From an uncultured Planctomycetota bacterium (GTDB lineage Bacteria > Planctomycetota > Planctomycetia > Gemmatales > Gemmataceae): DNA of 64,000 nucleotides. Below, in pieces: positions 33,847-45,419 of the stretch. Every line of letters starts with the position of its first letter. The first letter of the stretch is position 1. The notes beneath the pieces are model-generated. The model did not search any database and was not told where the DNA came from. It worked only from the letters and a program-made list of their open reading frames with translations. The stretch spans positions 1 to 64,000 of the forward strand of contig CAWKHF010000011.1 of the NCBI GenBank assembly GCA_963849325.1. The letters run 5' to 3'. Both the position numbers and the translations under genes were made by a program.

Positions 33847-35181
33847 ATGAAGTTCCTGGCCATCCTCAAGGATTCGCTGCGCGAGGCCATCGACACCAAG
33901 GTGTTCTACGTCATGGTGGCGCTGTCCGCCGTGCTGGCGCTGCTGGCCTTCTCGTTCCAGTTCAAGCCGACCGCGGCCGGTCAACAAGTGATGCAGTTCG
34001 CTCTCCTGCCGTTGGCGCTGGACATGAAGGAGTTCACTCCGGAAGAGTTCGAGCGGATGGGACAACGCCAGGTGGCCGAGAAGATGGAGCGTTACCAGCT
34101 CGTCCACGTGGAACCGATCGACGGGGCCGAGGATGGTCCTGGCAGTCCCTTCCGCGTCCTGCTCCGTGTTCACGGCAACAACGCCGAAGAGGCGGCGAAC
34201 CTCTCGTCGGACCCGGCCCCGATGCAGAAGTTGATCCGCGAGCGCTTCGGCGTCCTGGACACCATGCGCATGTTCAACCTCTCTGACGTCCGCCTCGCCG
34301 CCGCCGACGCTCCGGGCATGCCACAGCAAACGGCCCCGGAGGACGTCTATTTCGAGGTGACGACCAAACCAACGGGAGTGACGCGGCGCATTTGGCCGCA
34401 CAAGTTCAGCGTCTTCTTCGGCGCCTGGCCGTGGGGCGAGACGGGTATCCCACTCGGCCTCGAGATGTTCATCATCGAGCGCTACGTCGTCGCCGGCTTC
34501 GGCGCCTGGATCGCCATTCTCGTCAGCGTCGTCATCACCGCCTTCTTCATCCCCAACATGCTGCGCAAGGGCACCGTGGATCTGCTGCTGGTCAAGCCGA
34601 TCCACCGTTTCACCTTGCTGCTGTACAAGTACGTCGGCGGCCTGACCTTCATCTACCTCAACACGACGGTGGCCGTCGTCGGCATCTGGATCGCCCTTGG
34701 CCTGCGCTCCGGCGTCTGGGCCTACGGCATTTTGCTCACTGTCTTTGTTATCACCTTCTTTTTCATGATTCTGTACGCGGTCTCGACACTGTTCGGCGTG
34801 CTCACGCGCAGTCCGATCGTCGCCATCCTGCTGACCTGCGGCGTCTGGTTCCTGTTGTTCATCGTCGGCAGCGGGTTTGAGTTTTTCGAGGGCCGGAGGC
34901 AGCTGGAGGAGAAGCAAAACACGCCGGCGGAGGAGCGCTATTCGGACAACTGGCTGGCGAAGACCGTCTACGCCGTCCATTTCGTGCTGCCGCGCACGTC
35001 CGACCTGGACAACCTGACGACACAACTTTTACTCCAGGACTTGCTCACGGACAACCAGGTCAAGCTCGCCAAGGTCAACAAGACGCCGATCACCTGGGGC
35101 GAGAGCCTCACCGTTTCGGGCGTCTTCATCGCCCTGATGCTCGGCTTTTCCTGCTGGCGCTTCGCCACCCGAGATTACTGA
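33847..35181 (+). CDS. ABC-2 type transporter permease
   Basis: Multiple TM helices, [19 protein letters not shown]-terminal WRFATRDY. Confidence 0.88.
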   Translation: MKFLAILKDSLREAIDTKVFYVMVALSAVLALLAFSFQFKPTAAGQQVMQFALLPLALDMKEFTPEEFERMGQRQVAEKMERYQLVHVEPIDGAEDGPGSPFRVLLRVHGNNAEEAANLSSDPAPMQKLIRERFGVLDTMRMFNLSDVRLAAADAPGMPQQTAPEDVYFEVTTKPTGVTRRIWPHKFSVFFGAWPWGETGIPLGLEMFIIERYVVAGFGAWIAILVSVVITAFFIPNMLRKGTVDLLLVKPIHRFTLLLYKYVGGLTFIYLNTTVAVVGIWIALGLRSGVWAYGILLTVFVITFFFMILYAVSTLFGVLTRSPIVAILLTCGVWFLLFIVGSGFEFFEGRRQLEEKQNTPAEERYSDNWLAKTVYAVHFVLPRTSDLDNLTTQLLLQDLLTDNQVKLAKVNKTPITWGESLTVSGVFIALMLGFSCWRFATRDY

Positions 35182-35185
35182 CGCC

Positions 35186-36581
35186 ATGACCGAAGCCGTC
35201 TTTCAGCGTTGTATCCATCCTCACTGCGGCGCCACCTGCGGCGTGGACGAGACCGCCTTCGCCTGCCCGCGCTGCGGCGGTCTGCTCGACGTGGCCTACG
35301 ATTGGGAGCGGCTGACGCCGCCGCGCTCGCTGAAAGACTTCGAGGCCAAGTGGGCCGACCGCACCAACCCCCTCAGCTTCAGCGGCGTGTGGCGCTTCCG
35401 CGAACTGCTGCCGTTCGCCCCGCCGGAGCAGGTGCTGACCATCGGCGAAGGGCAGACCATCTTGCAGAAGGCCGACAACGTGGCCGGCTACGTCGGCGTG
35501 CATCCGGGCCGGCTGTTCTTGCAGTACGAGGGGCTGAATCCGTCGGGCAGCTTCAAGGACAACGGCATGACGGCGGCGTTCACGCACGCCCGCATGGTCG
35601 GCGCTCGCCGCGCCGCCTGCGCCAGCACCGGCAACACCAGCGCCTCGCTGGCCGTCTTCTGCTCGGCGACCGGACTGATGCGGGCCGTCATCTTCATCGG
35701 CAGCGGCAAGATCTCCTACGGCAAGCTGGCCCAGGCGCTGGACCACGGCGCGCTGACCGTGCAGATCGCCGGCGACTTCGACGACGCCATGCAGCGCGTG
35801 CAGCAGGTCAGCCGCCGACTCGGCATCTACCTGGTCAACAGCATCAACCCCTTCCGCCTGGAAGGGCAGAAGACGATCATGTACCGCGTGCTGGAGGCGC
35901 TGCGCTGGGAGGCGCCGGACTGGGTCGTCGTGCCCGGCGGCAACCTCGGCAACGTCAGCGCCTTCGGCAAGGCGTTCATCGAGCTGGCCGAACTGGGTCT
36001 GCTCCAGCGTCTGCCGCGCCTGGCGGTCATCAACGCCGCCGGGGCCAACACGTTCTTCCAGCTCTTCGGCAGCGCCAACCTGCGCTGGGAGGGCGGCAAG
36101 CCGGCACGACAGACGATCGAGGATTACTACCGCAAGCTGGACGCCGAGCACATCCGGGCGGCGACCATCGCCAGCGCCATCGAGATCAATCGTCCGGTCA
36201 ACCTGCCCAAGGCGCTGCGGGCGCTGGACCGCTGCGGCGGCGTGGTCCGCGAGGTCAGCGATCAGGACATTCTCGACGCCAAGGCCAAGGTCGGCGCCGG
36301 CGGCCTCGGCTGCGAGCCGGCCTCGGCCGCCAGCGTCGCCGGCGCTCGCAAGCTCCGCCAGGAGGGCGTCATCGCCGCCGACGACCGCGTTGTCTGCATC
36401 CTGACCGGCCATGCCCTCAAGGACCCGACCGCCACGGTCGCCTATCACACGACCGACCAGAAGACCTTCGACGACGTGCTCGGCGCTCGCGGCGTCCGTC
36501 GGCGCCACCTACGCCAACCGCGCCATTCAGGTGCCCAACGATCTCGACGAGATCATCAAGGCCATCGAGGTCTATTCCTGA
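35186..36581 (+). CDS. thrC: Threonine synthase (3' frameshift near 36500)
   Basis: [14 protein letters not shown] (PLP Lys), [45 protein letters not shown]. Confidence 0.95.
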
Positions 36582-36605
36582 CCGCCGAGGGAAGAGGGGT
36601 TTGCG

Positions 36606-37049
36606 ATGAATCCGACCGTCTCGTTACCGGCCCTGCTGAGCCGTCTGAGTCGTTTGCCGGGCGAGCTGGAAGAGTTGGCGGGGAACCTGGCCTCCGTCCC
36701 GCGCAGCTGGTGGATGCAATCTTTCCCTTATCCACTCGTCAATGTCCGCGAAGAAGCGGAAGCCTTTCACGTCGAGGCGGAAGTGCCGGGCGTGACGCGG
36801 GACCAACTCGAAGTACACGTGCGGCACGGCACCGAGTTGACCCTCCAGGGCGAGCGGCCGTCCAGCGGTGGGGACAACGGTACCTGGCATCACCAGGAGC
36901 GCGGCGTCGGCCGCTTTCAGCGCGTCCTGACGCTGCCGGTGCCCGTGGACGCGGACAAGGTCGAGGCGCGGTTGGAACACGGCGTCCTCCGGCTGGTGCT
37001 GCCCAAGGCGGAGGCGGTCAAGCCGCACCGCATCGCGGTCCAAGGGTGA
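36606..37049 (+). CDS. Hsp20/alpha-crystallin family protein
   Basis: P.VNVRE...[35 protein letters not shown]. Confidence 0.92.
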   Translation: MNPTVSLPALLSRLSRLPGELEELAGNLASVPRSWWMQSFPYPLVNVREEAEAFHVEAEVPGVTRDQLEVHVRHGTELTLQGERPSSGGDNGTWHHQERGVGRFQRVLTLPVPVDADKVEARLEHGVLRLVLPKAEAVKPHRIAVQG

Positions 37050-37206
37050 TGCGGACCGATCCGAACCGCCTGTTTCTCCAAGGGCGCGCGGTGTGGCCGC
37101 TTGCGATGGGCGGAAGGAAGCGTTATGGTGAGCAATCGCAGCGCGTCATCCCCCAGCGCAACGGCGTCCGTCCCCGGACGCACCCGGCGGTTCGATGAGG
37201 CGATCC

Positions 37207-40200
37207 ATGTGCGAGCCGGAAACCACTCCCGATTCCACGGGCCGACGCGAGTCGGCCGACAGTCCTCGGGAGACCGCGGTCGGCATGGTCCCGCAGGGTC
37301 TCGCCGTCCCGCAAATCTGCGTCGTCCGGGCGGAAAAAGTATCGCCGGACGTGGTCGGCCCCCCTGCCGTGACCGGCTATGACATCCTCCGCGAGCTGGG
37401 CCGCGGAGGAATGGGTATTGTCTACCAGGCCTACGACCCACGCCGCCAGCATCACGTCGCCCTCAAGGTCATGCAGCGGGTCGAGCCGGCCTCGCTGTAC
37501 CGCTTCAAGCACGAATTCCGTGCCCTCGCCGACGTTAGCCACCCCAATCTGGTGACTCTCTACGAGTTGGTCTGCGATGGACGGCAATGGTTCTTCACCA
37601 TGGAGCTGGTGGAGGGCGTGGATTTCCTGGCCCACGTCGCGCGGAGAGGGGACCGGGGAGGGTCTGTCCAGCGATCCCTCCGACGAGCCGACCACTCCCG
37701 CTCATGCGGCGCCAGTCGCGGCAGGACCGCCGGCGCAGGCATCCGCGCTGCATTGGGAACGCCTGGGCGCTGCGCTGCGGCAGTTGGCGGAAGGCGTCTG
37801 CGCCCTGCACGAGGCCGGCATCCTCCACCGCGACATCAAGCCGACCAATGTCCTCGTGACGCCGCGCGGCCGGGTCGTCCTGCTCGACTTCGGCCTGGCG
37901 GTCGAGTTGGATGCGATGGGCGTCCACGCCAACCCGAAAGGGCATGCCGGCGGCACGCTGGCTTACATGGCCCCGGAGCAAGCCGCCGGGGGGCCGGTCA
38001 CGCCGGCCAGCGATTGGTACAGTGTCGGCGTCGTCCTTTACCGCGCCTTGACCGGGCGATTTCCCTTCCCCGGCACCATCGCGCGAGATCCTGGACGCCA
38101 AACAACGCCTCGATCCTCCTCCTCCGCGCCAGGCTGGCGGCGGAGGTGCCGGCCGACCTCAGCGATCTGTGTACGGCCTTGCTGCGGCGGCGACCCGAAG
38201 AACGGCCGTCCGGCCGCGACGTGCTCCACCTCTTCGGGTGGAGGGTGGAGGGGGGAGGGTGGAGGGAGAAGAAAGCTCCGTTTTTTCCCTCCACCCTCCA
38301 CCCTCCCCCCTCCACCCGAGGCGGTCCGTTCGTCGGCCGTGAGCCGCACCTAGCGGCGCTGCACGACGCCTTCGCCGCGTCCCAAAAAGGTCGGGCCGTC
38401 GTCGTCTTCGTCCACGGCCGCTCCGGCATGGGCAAGAGCGAGTTGATTCAGCGCTTCCTCCACGACCTTGGCCGGGACAGCGAGGTCGCGATCCTCGCCG
38501 GCCGCTGTTACGAACGCGAATCGGTGCCGTTCAAAGCCCTGGACAGCCTGGTCGATGCCCTCAGTCAGCTGCTCGGCCGCCTGCCGCCGCGCGAGGTGGA
38601 CCAACTATTGCCGCCCGACATTGCGGCGCTGGCGCGCGTGTTCCCGGTGCTCCGCCAGGTCGAGTCCGTCGCCGATGCGGCCTGGGAGGCCGCCGAGGCA
38701 CCCGACCGGCAGGAGTTGCGGGGTCGAGCCTTCGCCGCCTTGCGCCGGCTGCTGGCTCAACTCGGAAGACGCCGGCCCCTGGTCCTGTTCATCGACGATT
38801 TGCAATGGGGCGACGTCGATAGCGCCGCGCTGCTCAACGAACTTCTGCGGCCCCCCGATCCTCCCATGCTTCTGCTGCTGGGCGCCTATCGCAGGGAATA
38901 CGCCGCCACGAGTCCGTGCCTGCGTGCTCTGCTGCGCCCGCCGTCGGCCCAGGATGTCCTCGACCGGCGCGAGCTGGCGGTCGAGGGACTAGGGCCAGGG
39001 CAAGCCGCGGCCTGGCCCTGGAACTGCTCGGTCGGGACGATCCCGACGCCCTGGCTCGGGCCGATGCGGTCGCCGGCGAGGCGGAGGGAAGTCCGTACTT
39101 CGTCCGCGAGCTGGTGCTGATGGAGGAGGCGTCGGCGCAGAAGGCCACGCTGGACGAGGTGCTGTGGCGCCGCGTGGTCGGGCTGGCGGCGGCGCCGCGG
39201 CGACTGCTGGAGGTGGTGGCCGTCTCCGGGAAGCCGCTGCGCCGCCGCGACGCCTGTCAGGCAGCCGTCCTCGGCGCCGAGGAGCAGGCGGCGCTGGCCG
39301 TCTTGACGGTCGGCCGGCTCATCCGCAGCACCGGGCCGGGCGAACTGGAGGAGGTCGAGACCTACCACGACCGCATCCGCGAGACCGTGGTGGCTCACCT
39401 GCCGCCGGAGCAGGTGCGCGATCACCACGGCCGGCTGGCGTCCGTGCTGGAAGCCTCGGCCGGTGCCGATCCGGAAACGCTGGCCGCCCACTTCGAGGGA
39501 GCAGGGGACGCCTCCCGAGCCGGGCACTACTTCACGGCGGCGGCCGACCGGGCCACCGAGGCGCTGGCCTTCGATCGGGCGGCCCAACTCTACCGCCATG
39601 CGCTGGAACTACGGCCTCCGGAGGGGGCGGCGGTGCGCGAGCTGCACGTCCGCCTAGGCGACGCCCTGGCCAACGCCGGCCGCGGCGCCGAGGCCGCCCA
39701 CGAGTACGAAGCGGCCTGCGCCGCGGGCGGCGACCCGGATCAGACGCTCGACCTACGGCGGCGAATCGCCTACCAGTATTGCATCAGCGGCCGACTCAAC
39801 GAGGGGCGCAAGGCCCTGGCCACCGTCCTGGCCGCCGTCGGCCTGACCTTGCCCGCCACGTCCCGGCAGTCGTTCGCCCGGCTGCTGGTGGCACGCTTTC
39901 GCTTGTGGCTGCGCGGCCTGCGCTACCGTGCTTGCAACGCCGCTCGCATCGACCCGCGACAGCTGCAGCGCATCGACGTGTCCTGGTCGGCTTCGGCCGG
40001 GTTGAGCCTGTTCGATTTCATCGGCGCGGCGGGTTTGCAGGCGCACAATCTTCTGTTGGCTCTGCGCGGGCGAATCGTTCCGTCTGGCGCGGCGCTGGCC
40101 TGGGAGGCCGCCCATCGTTCCAATGCCGGCGGCCCTACCGGCGGCCGCGCGGCACGACTGCTCGACGAGGCCGAGGCGCTGGCGCGGCGAATCGAACAGC

Positions 40201-41216
40201 CTTACGCCCGTGGGCTGGTCGTCCTCGCTCGCGGTGCTGCCGAGTTCACCAGCGGACGCTGGAAATCGGCCGTGCCGTTCCTGGAGCAGGCCGAGCAGAC
40301 CTTCCGCGACGGCTGCACCGGGGTCGCCTGGGAACGCGACACCGCCCACGTGTTCCTGTTGTGGTCGCTGTTTTACCTCGGAGAGCTGGCCGACATGGGC
40401 CGCCGTACCGACCTGCTGCTCCAGGAGGCGCGACAGCGGGGCGACCTGTACGCCGCCACGCACCTCGGCGTCTTCAGCGGACCGATGGCCCGTCTGTCGG
40501 CCGGCGACGCCGACGGGGCGCGGCAACTGCTGGACGAGTCGCTGCGGCAGTGGTCGCCGCAGGGCTTCCATCTTCAGCACCTGACCGGCCTCATGTGCCA
40601 GACCTACCTCGACTTGTACGCCGGCGCCGGTGCCTCCGCCTGGCAACGCCTGGTGCGTCAATGGCCGGCCGTCGCTCGTTCGCACTTCCTGCGCGCCCAG
40701 ACGCTGCGAGTCCTGTTCTGGGATCTCCGTGCCCGCAGTGCGCTGGCGGCAGCCACCGAACAGGGGCGAAGGGCGAGGGGCGATTCCGAGCCGCGAGCGT
40801 TAGCGAGCGGGGCTGCCTCGCTCGCTAACGCTCGCGGCTCGGATCGCCCCTCGACCCTGCTCCGCGCCGCCGAGGGCGATGCTCGGCGGATCGCGCGGGA
40901 AAAGATGCCCTGGTCCACGCCCATCGCCGAGCTGCTGCGGGCAGGGCTGGACGTGGCACGCGGCGACCGAGCGAGCGCCCTGGAACGGCTCGGGCGGGCC
41001 ACGGCCGGCTTCGACGCCGCCGACATGGCCCTGTTTGCCGCCGTCGCGCGCCGGCGCCGGGGTGAACTGCTCGGCGACGCCGGCCGGGAACTCCTCGACG
41101 CCGCCGACGCCTGGATGCGGTCGCGGCACATTCACGACCCCGCGCGCATGACGGCGACGTTCGCCCCCGGCTTTCCGTCTCCGACCGACGGGACGCCAGC
41201 CAAAGAGAAGTTCTGA
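37207..41216 (+). CDS. Ser/Thr kinase, AAA/STAND-like ATPase and helical (TPR-like) protein (frameshifted)
   Basis: [43 protein letters not shown] (Walker A), [10 protein letters not shown] (Walker B), G(S)PYF, HDRIRE. Confidence 0.9.
38234..38319. repeat. Heptamer palindrome (GGGTGGA)x4...(TCCACCC)x4 inside a CDS
   Basis: Seen directly; translated as [27 protein letters not shown]. Confidence 0.9.
40761..40859. repeat. REP doublet (family C) nested in heptamer arms, inside a CDS
   Basis: GGGGCGA-like x3 + CCGAGCCGCGAGCGTTAGCGAGCG...CGCTCGCTAACGCTCGCGGCTCGG + TCGCCCC-like x2. Confidence 0.85.
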
Positions 41217-41277
41217 GTTCTGAGTTCTGAGTTCTGAGTGAAAGGCACTCAGAACTCAGAACTCAGAACTCAGAACT
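41209..41277. repeat. Heptamer palindrome (AGTTCTG)x4...(CAGAACT)x4 between convergent genes; possible bidirectional terminator
   Basis: Perfect 32-bp stem with AAAGG loop; contains the kinase stop codon. Confidence 0.9.
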
Positions 41278-41286
41278 CACAGGCCG

Positions 41287-44200
41287 TCACGATTTCCACA
41301 CCTCGGTCCCCGTCTCCATGATGAAATCGAAATCGACGTACCAGGCTCCCAGCACCTTCTCCTCCGGGCCGGCCAGCCCCAGCTCGCGGATGACCGGGTG
41401 CGTGTCGAATTCGCCCACCGCCAACCGATAATCCCCGGCGAGCACGCCCGCTTCCCGAAAGCTGACCACCCGCGCCGGCGCCTCCACCACGGCCTGGTAG
41501 CAAGCCTGTCGCCCATCGGCCACGTCACGGAATTGCTTGAGGAAAACGACGGATACCTCGCGCGGGTCCAGATGCGACCCCAGGTGCAAGGCGGGGATCT
41601 CCTCGGCCAGCTTCACGACCCCGCCGGCTGCCAACGTCTCCACGAAGTGCAGGAACGCCCCCAGTGGATGGTCCCAGCGCCGGGCCAGACCGTTTCCATC
41701 GTCGCGGTCGGCCCGGTACACTTTCAGCAGCTGCTTCCAATCCACCTCGGTCTGCGGGTTGAAGCGGGGAACGGCCAGGGTCTCGACGCGAAACTCGGCT
41801 TGGCCGTCGAGAGACGGTGAGGACGTGATTCGGGCCATGGCCTTGTGGAAGCCGTAGATCTCTCGGCCGGCCGCCGCCGCCCAGGGATTGTCCACGAACA
41901 GATAGGGCTGGAACCAGGCCAGTCGCACCGGCAGCCAGAAGTCGCCGCGCCGATGGAGCTCCACCACCGGCACCCAGAAGGCGACGTCCGTCTCCTGGAT
42001 CCAGCCGACCTGGCTGCCGGGCGCTTCGGTCGGCTGCGCCCGCGCGATGGCGGCCACGCCCAGCAGGACGCGCGGCAGCAGCGGGCGATAGATCGCCCGG
42101 CCCTGAGCCGGTTGGTTGAGGTAGCGGTCGCACAGCGTTTGCAGCGCACCGAGGTCTGCCGGCAGAAGAAAACTGGAGAAGCGCACGCCCTGGAAGCTGA
42201 CGGGTTGCGAGTAGACTTGTTCGCCGCCGCGTTCGATGTACGTCGGCTTCGCCGCCGCCGCGGCCGGGACCGCGACGGGGACGGTGATCGAGACGGCGGC
42301 CGTCGCCACGGTGAAGCGGGAGCCCCACCAGCCGCCGCAGGCGTCAGTCTCGCCGAAGACCTTGGCCGGCCGGCCGCACAGCGCCCGCGAGACCTGCATC
42401 CCCGCCATCACGGCCGCTTCGACGCAGCCGGCGTTGAGGCCCGTCAGTACCCAGTCGCCGGTCAGGTACAGGTTGGCAAAGCCCGACTCGTTGGCGCGGA
42501 GACGATAGCGGGTGCTGTCGCGGACGGAGAGCACGTAGCGTTCGTTGGGATCGATGTTCGCCCGCCAGAACTGGTGATCGAAGCGCCGCGCTCCCTGGAC
42601 GCCGGCCGGGGCCGCCAGCAGGTCCCAGTTGAGCACGTCGGGATGGTTCGGGTCCACTCCCAGGGGCCAAAGCGGCTTGGCGCCGCCGGTCGTCAGGAAG
42701 TCCAGGCTCGCCTGCCGGACCTGCTCTGTCTGCTTCCGGGGAAACTCCGGGTCGGTGAAGGGGTCGGGGATTGTCGCGGCGTCCGCCAACGGGTTGCAGA
42801 AGTAGGGGATGCAGTGGACGTCGTCACCGGGCGGCCAGTTCTCGCGCGGAATCAGCTGGCTCATGTCCGAGGCGCTGGCGCGGTAGGCACCGAGAAGGGC
42901 CGTCTCCCGTCCGTGCCAGCCCAGGCCGTCGGCGTCGCGCTTCAGCCACAGCTGGAACGCCTGCGTCTGCACCGTCTTCACCTGCGTCACCATGTCGCGC
43001 CACCGCGCGTTGTTCTCCATCAGCTCCTTCGTCAGATAAGGCAGCGAACCGACCGGGATGCCGAGTACGACCAGATCGAAGTCCGTCCCGACTTTCAGGG
43101 TGATGTCCTCCACGTTTTTCCAATTCGACCACGCCGACTCCAACGGCTCGTAACCTTGGTCTACCAGTCGGCGCAAGGCATCCCCCTCGACGAGTTGCTC
43201 GTAACAGGGGGTCGATGGCCAGCAGAGCAGATCCTTGACACATACCAGAGGTTCATACTCCCGATCTTGCTGCTTGAGCGTGGCCTGTCGGCCGATACGG
43301 ACGGCGGCGATGGAGCGCTTGTCGGCGGAGAGGGTCAAGCCCTCGACGCGGTGGAAGAACTGGAAGTGGACGCCGCGCTTGCGCAGGACCAGGTAAAGCG
43401 GCGTGAATACCACGTCGCCCATGCCGGCCTGCATCTTGTAGGCGAAGGCGCCCTGATAACCCCAGGTGGTGCGCAGCAGCGCGCGCAGGGCCACGCCGGC
43501 CGCGAAGTTCGGCTTGTTCATGTCGCCCTGCTCGTAGGCGAAGACCAGATCGTACAGGGCGCGTACCGGAGCGGACTGGTAGGCGATCTCGGGAGCGCCG
43601 TGCCGCTGCAGCCATTCGCGGAAGTCGTAGCGGTCGAGCGGATCGAAGCCGGTGTGAATTACGTCGTCGCGGAGCACGCCGCGAACGATGGCGCCGGCCA
43701 GGCTGAGCAAGATCCAGTCGCGCCGCAAGCCATCGTTCTGCGCAATCCGAGCCGCGATCGTTTGCTCGACTTCGTGGAGGAACTGATCGAGGTGGCCGAG
43801 GATAATCTGGTGGTCCAGGGCCAGGTGCAGGTGCGGGGCAATCGACTCCAGCGCCTCGGCGCGCTCGGCGGCGCAGAACAGATGAGACTCCGGCGCCGGC
43901 GGGTGGTCGGCCGTCCGGGCGGCGGCGACGTCGCCGGCCATGCTCGTGCGGTAGCGGCGCCACATCCACTGCAACAAGCGGACGATGAAGTTCCACGGCG
44001 TCAGACAGGCGCCGCCCTGGCCGGGGACGTGGTCGTTGGTGGGGAAATCGCAGTCCCAGCGCAGCCAGCGGTTGTCGATGTTCTCGAAGATGCTGACCAG
44101 GCTGTGCGTTTTGAAGGCGTCATCCCAGCGCGCCAGCGGCGTGCCTGGCGGCCGACCCAGCTCCTGGTAACACTTCTGGATCATCTGGAAGGCGTTTTCG

Positions 44201-44421
44201 TAACAGCCCATCCAGATGTGCAGTCCGTGCTCCTCGACGCTCTGAGACCGCGCCGGGTTACGACCGCTGGCCCCCTTGCCGCCCAGCCGCCAACCCATCT
44301 GGTAGACGGTGAGGTCATAGCGATCACTCCAGCCGGCCTGGTCCGTCAGGGCGAACGCCGCCGCCAGGGAGCCGACGCCGCCCCCGAGGATCGCGATCCG
44401 GGTCTTGCCGTTGGTCGCCAT
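41287..44421 (-). CDS. FAD/NAD(P)-binding oxidoreductase fused to an acetoacetate-decarboxylase-like domain
   Basis: IAILGGGVGSLAAA, RLGGKGAS, EHGLHIWMGCY, LTGDW...GCVEAAVMAG; C-terminal LFVDN...GREIYGFHK and FLKQFRD. Confidence 0.85.
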   Translation of the reverse strand: MATNGKTRIAILGGGVGSLAAAFALTDQAGWSDRYDLTVYQMGWRLGGKGASGRNPARSQSVEEHGLHIWMGCYENAFQMIQKCYQELGRPPGTPLARWDDAFKTHSLVSIFENIDNRWLRWDCDFPTNDHVPGQGGACLTPWNFIVRLLQWMWRRYRTSMAGDVAAARTADHPPAPESHLFCAAERAEALESIAPHLHLALDHQIILGHLDQFLHEVEQTIAARIAQNDGLRRDWILLSLAGAIVRGVLRDDVIHTGFDPLDRYDFREWLQRHGAPEIAYQSAPVRALYDLVFAYEQGDMNKPNFAAGVALRALLRTTWGYQGAFAYKMQAGMGDVVFTPLYLVLRKRGVHFQFFHRVEGLTLSADKRSIAAVRIGRQATLKQQDREYEPLVCVKDLLCWPSTPCYEQLVEGDALRRLVDQGYEPLESAWSNWKNVEDITLKVGTDFDLVVLGIPVGSLPYLTKELMENNARWRDMVTQVKTVQTQAFQLWLKRDADGLGWHGRETALLGAYRASASDMSQLIPRENWPPGDDVHCIPYFCNPLADAATIPDPFTDPEFPRKQTEQVRQASLDFLTTGGAKPLWPLGVDPNHPDVLNWDLLAAPAGVQGARRFDHQFWRANIDPNERYVLSVRDSTRYRLRANESGFANLYLTGDWVLTGLNAGCVEAAVMAGMQVSRALCGRPAKVFGETDACGGWWGSRFTVATAAVSITVPVAVPAAAAAKPTYIERGGEQVYSQPVSFQGVRFSSFLLPADLGALQTLCDRYLNQPAQGRAIYRPLLPRVLLGVAAIARAQPTEAPGSQVGWIQETDVAFWVPVVELHRRGDFWLPVRLAWFQPYLFVDNPWAAAAGREIYGFHKAMARITSSPSLDGQAEFRVETLAVPRFNPQTEVDWKQLLKVYRADRDDGNGLARRWDHPLGAFLHFVETLAAGGVVKLAEEIPALHLGSHLDPREVSVVFLKQFRDVADGRQACYQAVVEAPARVVSFREAGVLAGDYRLAVGEFDTHPVIRELGLAGPEEKVLGAWYVDFDFIMETGTEVWKS

Positions 44422-44626
44422 GGACGGACCTCGCTCGCCGGAGGGAAGCGCCTGCCGTGCGTGCGGAGGCATCCATCCCCGAGGTCGGCCGGCTTGGCCC
44501 GGCGGCGCTGTCGCGCTTCGGCTACCTGTGGTGTGGAAAAAGGATCGGTCTCGTTGACCGAATCGGCTGCACTCTAACCGGGGAAAGGACGGAAGTAAAG
44601 AGAGGGACCCTTTTTTCTTACGGTCG

Positions 44627-44683
44627 GAGCCGCGACCGTTAGGGAGCGGAGGAGAGTTCACCGCTCCCTAACGGTCGCGGCTC
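44627..44683. repeat. REP doublet, family C
   Basis: GAGCCGCGACCGTTAGGGAGCGG, a spacer, then the exact inverse. Confidence 0.88.
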
Positions 44684-44823
44684 GGATTCCGTCCTCCGTC
44701 ACGGTTGCTCAGCCATCTCGCGGAAGGTATCCTTTCCTGCTAGACCTGCCCCGCACGTGCCTTTTTGTCTCATCTTCATCGGCTGGGAGAGCAGCGAGAC
44801 CCCCGGTTCGGCGAGGACGGTGC

Positions 44824-45380
44824 ATGACCGAAACGCCTGCCAGTTTGCTCGAACGGCTGCGCCAGCCGTTTGAACTGGAAGCCTGGTCGCACTGTACGCT
44901 CCGCTCATCTACTCCTGGGGCCGTCGCGTCGGCTTGCAAGACCCGGACGCCGCCGACCTGACGCAGGACGTCTTCGCCACCCTGGTGCAAGTCCTGCCGA
45001 CGTTCACCTACGACCGCCACAAGAGCTTCCGCCGCTGGCTGCGCAGCGTGACCCTCAACAAATGGCGGAACACACGCAAGCAACGCAAGAACCGAGTCGT
45101 GAACGGGAGGGCCGCCGAGCTGAATCAGCTGGCCGGGCCGGACGAGCTGGAATCGCTCTGGGACGCGGAGTATCAGCAGTGCCTGGCCGGCCGCGCCTTG
45201 TCGATCATGCGGGCCGATTTCTAGGAGAGGATCTGGCGAGCTTGCTGGGAGATGGTTGTCGGCGGCCGGTCGGCGGCGGCGGTGGCTGACGAGCTGGGCC
45301 TGACCATCGGCGCCGCGTACGCCGCCAAGTTTCGTGTCCTGGATCGACTGCGGCGCGAGCTGCGCGGCATGTGGGAGTGA
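44824..45380 (+). pseudogene. ECF sigma factor pseudogene
   Basis: MTETPASLLERLRQP..AW, DAADLTQDVF, SFRRWL, AAVADELGLTIGAAYAAKFRVL; in-frame TAG at 45222-45224 plus a deletion near 44890. Confidence 0.8.
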
Positions 45381-45419
45381 CCAGGCGATCTTTTTCTCGT
45401 AAAGTTTCGGCCTCCTCGG

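Noticed and set aside
41845-44577. Long antisense ORFs (e.g. 910 aa here; also 18114-19715 and 5258-6340)
   Set aside because: Shadow ORFs caused by high GC and codon bias opposite well-supported genes
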